A DNA stretch of 64,000 nt from Thalia democratica (Eukaryota): contig OZ241827.1 in assembly GCA_965202585.1 (NCBI GenBank), forward strand, positions 49,600,001 through 49,664,000, given 5' to 3'. Each line of letters begins with the position of its first letter. Position 1 is the stretch's first letter. The notes under the pieces are model-generated. The model made no database searches and was not told the DNA's origin. It saw only the letters and a program-made list of their open reading frames with translations. Positions 13,392 through 23,870 of this stretch are shown piece after piece. Made by a program: the position numbers and the translations under genes.

Positions 13392-14430
13392 GCTTTATTT
13401 TTTAAAGAAAACCTGAAACAATATTTTATACTTTTCACAAAAAAATATATTATAGTAATGATCATAAACATCTAAGAAATTTATTTAATTCTTTCTTAAG
13501 CTAACAATAATTAATAGTTAAATAATAAGTTATTTAGATATTAGATAAAATTCTTATTAAGCTATGTTGTCAGAATTAACACCAATAATTTTATGTGTTA
13601 AGGGAAAATAAAACAATATTTTATCATATTTATTTCTATCTAGACCATTTTATTATGTTATTAAGGTGCATTTTAAAAGAATTTTTAATGCAAGAAATTA
13701 GGCTTTGTTTGTTCTGCATATGATATTTTTTATATCTAACTAAAACATAAATTGATATAATATGATTGAAAATAGGTATAAAAGAAAATTTCTAAACAAT
13801 AAGATATATGTATTAATTAAAATATCATTTAGATGTTGATTTAGCTTGCATTCCAATTTGACAAAAAAACTTGCTATGCAAAACTTTACTACTAATTTTT
13901 AAATATAGTGATACTTGTAAAAAAAACAACCAATACATACACAAGTTGCAACTTTTTCATCTTTAATTTTCATGGAGCTTAAAATAAACTAGAAAAAATA
14001 TTTTATAAGGGTTGCCATTCTTTAAGACCCAAAATACCAGCCGGAGTGATCAAAAACTAGCTTTAGTTGGTTGTAGTTAATCAGAAAACTGGAAAATAAA
14101 GAATAGGAATCAAAAAACAAAAATAAAAAAATCATCAAGCTTAAATACCCAAAACACAAAAGCAACATCAGAAGAACAGTTGTGTAGAAAAAATATAGTT
14201 ATTACAAATAGCATGAGATTTAAGAAAAAACCCAAGCTAGCCTGAATTTTGCAAAAAAAAATCAAATGAGTCTGAGGTAACTTTTTTTTTATAAGTCATA
14301 CTAGACTGAGCTACCCTGTGTGTGTGTGTAACTATACTAAATAAAATATGGAGCTAAAAATTGTGGGAATCTGATTTAATTTTACCCTTTTTGTTTAAAT
14401 CCAATTATCAAAAGAAACTCAGAAAATCAA

Positions 14431-14720
14431 CAGGGTTGCCACTGGTTTGAAGGAAATTTTTTCCAGGTTTTTAAAAGTACATGTTTTTGGGTTTATTTTT
14501 AGTTTTAAGTTAAGTTTTAGGTTAAAAAATGTGTTAAGTAGTATAACACCATTGAAAAGATACTGTAAAGCTACTTTAATAAAGTAAATTATGATGATGA
14601 CAATAAATGTTATCTATTTAATTTTATGTTTTTTGTGTTAAATCAAATTTTGCTAGTTATCATGTAAAAATTGGTTTTCAATTCAAAATTTCAGGCTTTA
14701 GATTTTATATTAAAAAAAAT
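14431..14720. mobile_element. Left part of a CAGGGTTGCCA-terminal DNA transposon derivative
   Basis: Starts CAGGGTTGCCACT and aligns with the copy at 17894-18228 (TTCCAGGTTTT subterminal repeats); the right end is approximate. Confidence 0.55.
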
Positions 14721-15163
14721 AGGGATGCACAACAATTCAAATTCTGACAAACTCTTAATTTTTTTTTATAAATGGCCACAACTTATGAAAAAATTGTATT
14801 TAAAAAAATGAAAAATAAGCATGTAGGTATAATTGATACTTACTCACCATTTTTTTTTTGCAAAGTTTTGAATACTTTCAAAGATTCGCCTAAAATAAGT
14901 TTTAAAGTATACTCATTCTTAGTAATTTTTAAATTTCTCTTTTAATAATTTTTATTTTCAGTTTATTTTAAATATTATAATCTTATTAAAAGATCTACAA
15001 CTACTTTCTTTATTTAGAAAAATTCTTGATACTTTTCAAGATATGGCCTATTAAACATTTCTTAAGAATTTGAGTTGTCGGAGTTTGAATTGTCATGTAA
15101 CCAAAAAATAGATGGTTTTTAATAAAACTTAAGCTTTTTTTTTTATTTGTGTATTAAAAAGAT

Positions 15164-15850
15164 TTAAGGGCATAGGGGAGGATAAACACCCTTTTTTGGT
15201 TTTTGATCTTATTTTATATAGTTTTTACTAAGCTACAAAATGCTTTTTACAGATTTTAAAAACTCAAAATAGTTTTTGAGATATAGCCAGTCAAAGTCGA
15301 AGGCAACAATAGGTTCCTTATGGGAGGCGCAAACTAAAACAGCAAAAATAGACTATTTCACTAAAAATCTATCTTATCCTACTTTTTTTGAGATAACTAC
15401 CTCAAACTTTCAGGAAATGCTCATTGATATATTTAGAAAATTCTGTCAGAAGGATTTTTTTAAAAATAAAAAAATAATAATTTTATACAAAAAATAAACA
15501 AAAAAATAAACAGTTTTTTTTTGTTTTTTTGTTATAAAACTTTTACTTTTTAATTTTTTTAAATTCTGTTCCAACAGAATTTTCTAAATACTGCAAGGAA
15601 CATTTCCTGAAAATATGAGGTAGTTATCTCAAAAAACGTAGGAGAAGATAGATTTTTAGTGATTTCTAGTTATTAGCCGTTTTAGTTTACGCCTCCCATA
15701 AGGATCCTATTGTTGCCTCCGACTTTGACCAGCTATATCTCAAAATTTATTTGGAATTTTTAATCTCTAAAAAGCATCTTGTAGCTTAGTAAAAACTATA
15801 TAAAATAAAATCAAAAACCAAAAAAGGTGTTTACCCCCCTATGCCCTTAA
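15164..15850. mobile_element. Full-length foldback MITE with TTAA target site (Kolobok-like), 687 bp
   Basis: TTAA-GGGCATAGGGG ... CCCCCTATGCCC-TTAA; the two halves are long imperfect inverted repeats of each other. Confidence 0.85.
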
Positions 15851-16836
15851 ACACTATTTAAGGAAGAAATAATGTAAAAACTTGACAAAAGTTGATTAAA
15901 AAAATTAATTTAATCAATTAAACTATCTTTTTTTTTTGTTTGTGCCTTCTATAAAGAACCTATTGAGCTCACTGACTTTGATTGCTTACATCTCAAAAAT
16001 TAATTAGAATTGTGTTAAGTGGTTAAATAGTGGCCGCTGGTTTTATAAAATTACTTTAGTTTCTGATTTTCTTCCAAGTTTTCTTACTTAATTAACATTA
16101 CTGAAAAGATGCTTAGTGTTACTTTGTATGAGTTTTCAATAAAAATACAATTAAAAAAAATCTTTTTTTGTATTGCTTTCTAATCTAGAACTAATAATTT
16201 TAGTGTACAAATGATCAAATTCAAGGTTTTTTTAAAAAGAATAGTTCAAATTCAAGGTTTTCTATTGATTTTAGTTAAAAATGTCAGGTTTTTTTTTTTC
16301 AGAAAGAATCAAATACAAGGTTTTTTCAGATTATTTTTGCCTTATAATTTAAATTCAATGTTATTTTGGGTTAAATGAACAACCTGCTGATAGTTCAGGT
16401 AAAAATGTACAAAATACAATAAACTTATAAAAAATAACTTGGACCTCCTATGTCCTTAATCAACTTAAGGATTTTTATAAAAACATAATTTATAAGAGAT
16501 TATATCACAAAAACAATCCTTAAATTTAGAACAAATGCCCATACTAGCCTGTTTTTTGCAAAAATAAATTAAACAGGCCAGAGCTTTGAAAAAAATGCTG
16601 ATATTTTTAATTTAAGACTAGCCTGAGGTAATGAAGGATTAAATTTTAGGTAAAACAACTATGTACTCGTATTTTTTTAATTAAAAAGATTGAAAAATAC
16701 TAAATTAAAAATAAATATTTACAAATTTTCTTGTATTAAGCAGACCAAGAGATGGAAATTTCTAAAAAATACTAAACATTCATATGTTATATTTTTTTAT
16801 TTGAATAATAGTACTAACAACAATAAATTCAGCTCC

Positions 16837-17465
16837 TTAAGGGCATAGGGGGTTTTACTAAAAATAACATTGGATGTTATATGAAATCATACAAAGTACA
16901 AACTACAAGCCAGTTTTAATAAAATTAAAAAATCTTATTTAACTTTTGAGATATTGTACTTTTTATAAAAAGTTTCCAATACAAATCATTGGACCGCAAA
17001 TTTTTTGAGGTCAACTTTCTCGGAAATTTAAAAAATCACTAAAAATCTATTTTCTCCTTCATTTTTTGAGCTAGAGACCTCAAACTTTCAGAAAATGTTT
17101 CTTTTGTAATTTAAAAGACTTTGAATGTTGGAATTTGAAAAATATTAAAAAATTTAGACAAAAAAAAAGTTGTTTTTTTTTCAATAAAAATTTTATTTTT
17201 TTAAATTCCAAAAATTCCTGTACTCAATCTTTTTAAAATTTAATAATACACTTTCTGTGAAAATTTGATTGCTTAAAAAATGAAGGAGGAGATAGATTTT
17301 TAGTGAAATGGTCTTTTTTTTTGCGTTTTTAGTTTGCGCCTTCCATTAAGAACCTATTGAAGTCACAGACTATGATCGATTATATCTCAAAAAATACTTT
17401 GAATTTTTAAAAGCGGTTAAAAATGTCTGATAGCTCAGATAAAACCCTATAAAATAAGAACAACT
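16837..17465. mobile_element. Diverged copy of the TTAA foldback MITE family
   Basis: Starts TTAAGGGCATAGGGGG; the inverted arms share CACTAAAAATCTAT / ATAGATTTTTAGTG with the 15.2-kb copy; the right end is eroded. Confidence 0.65.
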
Positions 17466-17480
17466 TGTAAAAATCAAGGT

Positions 17481-17517
17481 TACACACCATGGTTACCTTT
17501 TAACATCTTGTCCAGGA
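17481..17517 (-). repeat. 5' fragment of the ~120-bp structured repeat
   Basis: The reverse complement reads TCCTGGACAAGATGTTAAAAGGTAACCATGGTGTGTA. Confidence 0.6.
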
Positions 17518-17893
17518 ATAACTGGTGAAGGGTAAAAAATTAAACCAGTAATTTATGAGTAAAAAGTAATATAAAAATAGGAAGAAATTACTTTTCAAAT
17601 TTTTGTCAAGTAAAAAATATTAGATTAGTTAAAGAGAAGCCCTGGCATAGATCATAAAATATTTTTTTCAATAGCTGCAAAACATTCTAGAAAATGTAAA
17701 ATAAGTTTGAACCTGGTATAAACTTGACTAATAATAGAATAATTGTGAAACAAAGTTATATACCTTCTTTGAAAATTAAAAGCTGTAAAATAGCTATAGA
17801 ACAAAATTTTAAGATTAAGAATTAAAGCTCAGTATGTGGTTGTAATAAAAATAGATGTAACAATAATTTTGTGTATAAGTATAATGTATATAA

Positions 17894-18228
17894 CAGGGTT
17901 GCCACTAGTTTTTTTTTCAAAAACTTTTCCAGGTTTTCCAAATTTCTTCCAGGTCTTTTAAAGTACACACTTTTTGGTCTACTTTAAGTTTAAGGTTTGA
18001 AGCTTTGTCAAATAGTATAAAAACATTGAAAAGATACTGTAACGCTACTTTAAATGTGTTTTTTAATAAGAAAGTTTTTGATGATGACAAAACTTTTTTA
18101 TTTATATGATGGATTTTTTGAGTTAAATCAAAATTTTGCGACTGAACATGTGACAAATGTTAAATTTCCAGGTTTTTTTTTTGTATAAATAGTCAAATTT
18201 CAGGTTTCCAAGTAAAGTGGCAACCATG
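17894..18228. mobile_element. CAGGGTTGCCA-terminal MITE (hAT-like)
   Basis: TIRs CAGGGTTGCCACT / AGTGGCAACCATG; no clear TSD. Confidence 0.65.
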
Positions 18229-18659
18229 TTATAAATAAAAAGAATTAATCCATCATACATATGTTACTTTCTGATATTTGTTTGAAAATAATGCTGGAAA
18301 CATTACTTAAGATAAAAAATTAGTTTATTTCAGAATCTGATAGAATTTTAGTAAAAATTTGTTATACTCAGGAAAACTGATGATAAAAAATTTCTATCAA
18401 TAATATTTGAATTTTTTTTAAACTATAAGGTTTACTTAGATGCTTTAAATCTTTTTTACACTCTACTAGTTAAATACTTTACATTATTATTTTTATTAGT
18501 TAGAAACTTATCAGTTAACTTTTTTTTGTTGATTATGCTTTAAATTCACTAGATTATATATTTAATAAAATATTTAAATAAAAAAAAAAAATTTAATAAA
18601 ATACTGTAGTTAAACAATAACTCATTAAAAATTCAAATTTGCTTAACATTTAGTATTAA

Positions 18660-18800
18660 GATTATTTGAATGATGTTTATTATTAAGTAAATTAAATGAA
18701 TAACCAATCAAATTTATGTAAACAACCTCTCTCTGGCGCTGCTAGGCTCTACTAAATGATTTCCCAGAAAAACGTCGCGCGCAACCATTTTATCCTTGGT
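18660..18800 (-). promoter_or_regulatory. Candidate promoter for the ASF1/AIP transcription unit
   Basis: Small non-repetitive CpG cluster (CGTCGCGCGC at 18773-18782), CCAAT at 18704-18708 and TTTGAA at 18665-18670. It sits at the edge of a CpG-poor stretch running down to ASF1. Inference only. Confidence 0.3.
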
Positions 18801-19918
18801 TTAAATATAAAAGAATATAGACCCTAATTATAAAAGCCTATATCGATTTTTTTTAATTGTTAGGTATAGTTTTCATTAATAATTTAAAAGATTGCAATTG
18901 AAGAACTGATTTTTATATTAAACTTAAATTATATGAACTATTCGTAAATACATTTTTTCTTGACATTTGTTTGTAATAGTTTTTTCAAATATATAAATTG
19001 CTATATGCTTTTATTTATTATTAAAGATTTTTTGTTTAGAAAACTTTCTTAGATTAAATTGTAAACTTATAAAATCTTAATAATTTTAGTAGACTTTTGT
19101 AAAATATCATAAAATCACATCATAAATAAAAAAATCAGTAGCTTAACTTTTACTTCAGAAAAATTAAAATAAGACAAAACGCGGATGAATATTTATAGCA
19201 CTGCACTCTGCAGTCTTCCAGAAACTAATATGCTTAAAAAAGCTAACTGTTTCTATGCTAATGATTTAATATGCACTTTTTTAAGCTCATTATGAAGTTT
19301 AAATTAAACTTAACAAGTTAACAAAGTATTAAAAACTTTCTTACTTTATAATTTTTTCCAATGGAAAACATTTCTTTAATAATGAAATATATAACTTATT
19401 TATTTTTAAAACATACACTGTTATATGACTTTATGTTTGGCAAGACTTAAAATAAACTTGTTACAAAAAAAAGTTATTAAAACTAAAACAAATTAAGCTT
19501 TAAGAAAATTTGTTTGTTTTACTTAAATTGTAAAAATACAAGCAAAACAAAAAGCATATTAAATTTTTCTAATTTAATAATAAAAAGATGTTTTTCTTAA
19601 TATTGTTTATGCTGTATTTTATTAGTTATTCAAATAAAAGCAATAAAATAACTTAAATAAAGTTGTTAATATTAAAAGTGTTCAAACTAAGCTTTTATTA
19701 TTTTGATTAACAATTCTATAAGATAGTTATCTTTTGAGTATCCTTATTTAAAATATTCAAATCTAAATAACCATTAAGAATTCATTATTTTTTAACACAA
19801 AGAACATATAGCTAATCTATTAAGTATCCTAAGCTATTTTGTGTTAAGCTATTCTGAAACATCTATTATCATAAACATAAGATATCAAATGAACAAGAAT
19901 TTTTTAATCATAAACAGT

Positions 19919-20040
19919 CTTGTCCTGGACAAGACGTTAAAAGGTAACCAAGTGGTGTGCGACACGATAGCCGAAAGGTTCTTCGAGCACTAGGTCTTAT
20001 GACCAAACATTTTGAGCGTTTTTATTTGTCGTTCAATAAA
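19919..20040 (+). repeat. Structured ~120-bp dispersed repeat (SINE/LINE-tail-like), reference copy
   Basis: CTTGTCCTGGACAAG...GGTGTGCGA...GCCGAAAGGTT...GGTCTTATGACC...TTGAGCG...CGTTCAATAAA; homologous copies are listed separately. Confidence 0.75.
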
Positions 20041-20479
20041 CAATATAAGTTTTAAACTTATGTTTTTTTAAGTTTTTATTGATTTTTAAAGGAAATGAAA
20101 AAACTGTTTAAGGCTACGCAAAGCTTAATTTGCTAAAGAAGTTGGTTTTTAATATTTTGACAGTTTTCTCACATTTTTAGTACATAGAGTAATGGTAAAA
20201 TTTAAGAAAAATTTATTTATTTAAGTATTTTACTTATTTAATTTTTAGCCAAAATTTATACTCTGATCAGGTAACTTTTTATTTTTCAATCTAAAATTAT
20301 GGCCAAATAAAGAATTTCGACTTAAAAAATATTCTGAAATTAGCTTATTTGTTTATGAAGAAGTTGTTTTCAAAATATTTAATAATAATAAACTTTTCAA
20401 TTGTTTTTAAAATTCAACATAATTTTCTTAGTTTTCACAAAATGTCTACTAAATTTAAAACGATGGTTTGCAAAAAAAG

Positions 20480-20700
20480 GTATACTATCAAATTCCACCC
20501 GCGTTCAAAATATCCCTGCTTTTTTTTGTTTTTTTTTTATTTATTAATTTTTATATATATTTTTTGCATTTTTTTATTTTAATTATATATTTTTTATTTT
20601 CTACTATCACTGTTACCCCTAACCTTTACCCTCGATCGGTAAGCGGTTCTCGAATTTGACTGGGTGGATTTTGATCGGGTGGATTTTGAATGTGTTCTGC
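20480..20700. mobile_element. Small element with inverted CCACCCG/CGGGTGG repeats and a CCCTAACC-TTACCCTCG(A/G)TCGGTAA core (Helentron/HINE-like, tentative)
   Basis: AATTCCACCCGCG on the left and GGGTGGATTTTGA twice on the right; the core is shared with the 23.2-kb element. The family assignment is inference. Confidence 0.45.
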
Positions 20701-21459
20701 AAAAAAGAATGGCTTGTATATATTTTGATCTTTAGATAAAAATATGTTGGTTCTTAAACTGAAAAAACATAACAGTTACCCTTCATCTAAAAACAAAAGT
20801 TATAAACTAAACTTAAGTAAAATATGCATTTGGTAAACTATTAGTTTTTTGTTTGTTTTGTACAGAGTTTTTCTCACTTTTTTATTATCTACCATATTTT
20901 TTAATCACTATAACGCATGAAATTTAACTTAAGCAACGAAACCTTAAGCAAAATGCATTTGTAACTGTTAGACACTTATTAATCAAAATGCATATTAAAT
21001 ATTTGCAGAGCCTTGCTCACTGAGGGTTCTTAATTTATTAAATGGCATATTTTTTATGCAACATTTAACATGACACACTTATAAAATACAAAACTAACCT
21101 TTATGTAAAACTTTATAACGTAAACTTTGTTTAGCCTATAGTAAAAAAAATTTTTAAACTAGATGAATGTTCTTTTATTCACTAAAAACAAAATTTTGTG
21201 AAAAAAAATGGATGTTAAGGTTAGTTGAAACGTTGTAAATACAGCTAGTAGTTAAAAGGTATTGGTTAAGATAATCTTAAGTGTTTAGGTCATGTAGTTA
21301 ACAATGTTTTAGTGATCTATCGGATCCTAACCTCATTGTGAAATCAGGATTCGGTCGGACCCGGACAAAACTACCCGAAAACACGCCTAAAACTTCTTTT
21401 TTTTATAAATAGTATAACTTTTTTTTTGCTCTTTATCATAAACTCCAGAGTTTTTAGTT

Positions 21460-21920
21460 TCATATTTTCTCGTAATATCTTGTGTAGTTTTTAAAGATTT
21501 TCTCGTAATATCTAGTGAAACTTTCAAAAATTTTTCCGTAATATCTAGTGTAACCTTTAAAACAACCCTTATATTCGCCAAAAACGTTTTTTTCGCTCTT
21601 TATCCTAAATTTAGAACATCTAGTGTAAATTTCATGTTTTCTCGTAATATCTAGTCTAGTGTAACTCTTAAAATTACCATTAAATACTCCTAAAACCTTT
21701 TTTTTTTCTTTATCACGAGCTCCAGAATATCTAGTGTAAGTTAAATGTTTTCATGTTTTCTCTTAATATCTAGTGTAAAATTTAAAGATTATCTTGTAAT
21801 ATCTAGTGTGATTTTCAAAATTTTTCCCGTAATATTTAGTGTAAGTTTACAAAACATCTTAAAACCGCATAAGATCTATTGTTTAGCTCTTTATCATGAC
21901 CTCCAGAATATATACTATAA
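21460..21920. repeat. Degenerate minisatellite, ~33-bp unit built on GTAATATCTAGTGTAA
   Basis: The motif AATATCTAGTG recurs roughly a dozen times at near-regular spacing. Confidence 0.75.
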
Positions 21921-22103
21921 CTTTTAAAACCCTAAAAGATTTCTCTACCGTTTTTGCTGAATAAATAAAACAAATAAAATATATTCAGTAACCTACCGGG
22001 TAACATTAGGATTCAGCCGGATCCGGTTAATATTTTTTAAATAAGATCAGGCCGAGTCAGGATAATTTTTTAAAACTAATTTCCGGCCAGATCGAATCTT
22101 TTT

Positions 22104-22175
22104 GGACAAAAAACGCGCTCAAAATGTTTGGTCCTAGGACCTGGTGCACGAAGAACCTTTCGGTTATCGAGTTAC
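22104..22175 (-). repeat. Partial copy of the ~120-bp structured repeat, nested in another element
   Basis: The reverse complement reads CTCGATAACCGAAAGGTTCTTCGTGCACCAGGTCCTAGGACCAAACATTTTGAGCG. Confidence 0.7.
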
Positions 22176-22559
22176 CGCTTGGATATATTTTAATGAATCA
22201 AATCCAGAAGACATTTTCCGGCCGGATCCGATTCTGAATACTAGGATCGGGTAGACTATTACGTTAAGTACTAAACTATTTTTTTAAATTGTTTTTTACA
22301 TAAAGCAAAGTACTACTTAAATAAAAAATTTTACTGTTCACTTTCTATAAGTCATGCTAAATACGGTTCGTTCATTTAAGGAAGAAAAATAAGGAATACT
22401 AGTCAAGTCTTAAAAAAAGTATACTATTTTTTAGTTTAGAGCACTTAAATTTACTCATTATAGAAAATATAATGAAAGTTTCAGCAGCGAAAAAATAGCA
22501 AAAGTAGTACTAAATATAAAAAAAAACTTTTAAAAAATACTAGTACAGTGTTTGCATTA

Positions 22560-23870
22560 CAGTCACCTCTCGCGAATCTACGCACTCGTTTGGTTACGCA
22601 CTCTAGTTTAGTTATGCATTTTAGAACTCTCAAAAAATATACAAACTTTCAAACTTTAAGTTTTAAGTTTTCTTGAGTATTGAGTTAGTAATATACTTAA
22701 CTTTTTATATACTATTTTAAATGCTAATATAGGAGGAGGTAGATTTTCAACAAAATTAAGATTTTTGTATTTTTAGTTTGTGAATTTCTAAAAAACCTAT
22801 TGAACTTTATACTTTTGCTCTTTATTTTATAGGTGTCCTAACCCAACTTTATACCTTTGAATCAAACAAGGTACAACTTTAGATTTACTTAAAATGTTTA
22901 TGGCATAAAGTTTCATTTCAACTCAATACATCTCTCATTTTTAGATAAGTTCTTTCCCTCCCCAGCTAAAAATAACCTTGTCTTACATATTATTGAATAA
23001 AGAACTTTATCTCTAATTCATGCAATATAAGCTTAATCTTAGATGGGCAAGGAACAAAGTAGAAAAAACACTTTGTATACACATAAACAATTTTAATTAA
23101 AGTACTTTTCACATATATTTACAACTTGAATAAAAACCATTATTATAAACAAAAAAAGTAGAAAATTTAACAAAATGTATTTAGTCAAATCCATTATAAA
23201 AAGACAGTTAATTTAGTAGGTATATTACTTGGGTGGGTGTCACTTTTGCACGAGGACACTTTATCACGGCGACTTTTTTACACGAGCGTAACTTTAGCCC
23301 GAGGGGACACTTTTGCACGGCGTCTTTTTTGAACGAAGACACTTTTGCACAGATAGATTTTTTTTTCTACTTTAATTAATTTTTTTTTGCTATCACTACC
23401 ACTCCTAACCCTTACCCTCGGTCGGTAAATTTTTTATTATATTTTATTTTGTTTTTTATAATTTATTTTTTATATTATTATTATTTTCCTGTGTTTTTTT
23501 TGATTAATAATTTTTGTTAGGTATATTCTTTTCTACTATCATTGTTACCATCAACCCTTACCCTCGGTCGGTAACTTTTTTTTTCTGTATTTTTATTAAT
23601 AATTTTGTTTTTTAACAATTACCATTATTATTAAAAAAATTTTAAAAACTCTGGTGCAAAAATGATCCTTTGTTTAAAAATGACCCTTCGTTTACAATTC
23701 CCTTTCGTGCAAAAGTGACGCCGTGCGAAAGTGTCCCCTCGTGCTAAAGTGACACCCGTGCAAAAGTGACTCGTTCCCATACTACCTACTTCTCGTTTAG
23801 TTACGTTCTCTCATTTAGTTACGCATTTTTGCTGTGGACACAATGTGCGTAGCTTCGCGAGAGGTGACTG
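22560..23870. mobile_element. Non-autonomous Tc1/mariner-superfamily (pogo/Tigger-like) element with nested insertions
   Basis: TIRs CAGTCACCTCTCGCGAATCTACGCAC / GTGCGTAGCTTCGCGAGAGGTGACTG (1 mismatch), flanked by TA at 22558-22559 and 23871-23872. Confidence 0.85.
23231..23780. mobile_element. Element with inverted arrays of CACTTTTGCACG subterminal repeats, nested in the Tc1/mariner element
   Basis: The left side has repeated (G)ACACTTTTGCACG and the right side repeated CGTGCAAAAGTG(A/T)C. There are two internal copies of CCCTTACCCTCGGTCGGTAA. Confidence 0.7.

Larger units (their letters stand above)
21310..22258. mobile_element. TIR element with GGATCCGG-type subterminal repeats carrying an internal minisatellite
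   Basis: Ends TAGTGATCTATCGGATCC / GGATCGGGTAGACTA. Related fragments lie at about 28065-28125 and 32610-32780 (ending GGTAGATCACTTA). Confidence 0.55.

Noticed and set aside
19960-20020. Possible HDV-like ribozyme in the ~120-bp repeat (TCTTCGT resembles an L3 loop, followed by GG and a hairpin)
   Set aside because: No room for a 7-bp P1 between P3 and the GG, and no consistent P2 pairing across copies.
21460-21920. Repeat-spacer-like array resembling CRISPR
   Set aside because: The repeats are degenerate, the spacers resemble each other, the context is a eukaryotic transposon, and there are no cas genes. It is a minisatellite.
23400-23425. CCTAACCC telomere-like motif suggesting an interstitial telomere
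   Set aside because: Only a single imperfect unit, embedded in a dispersed repeat core.
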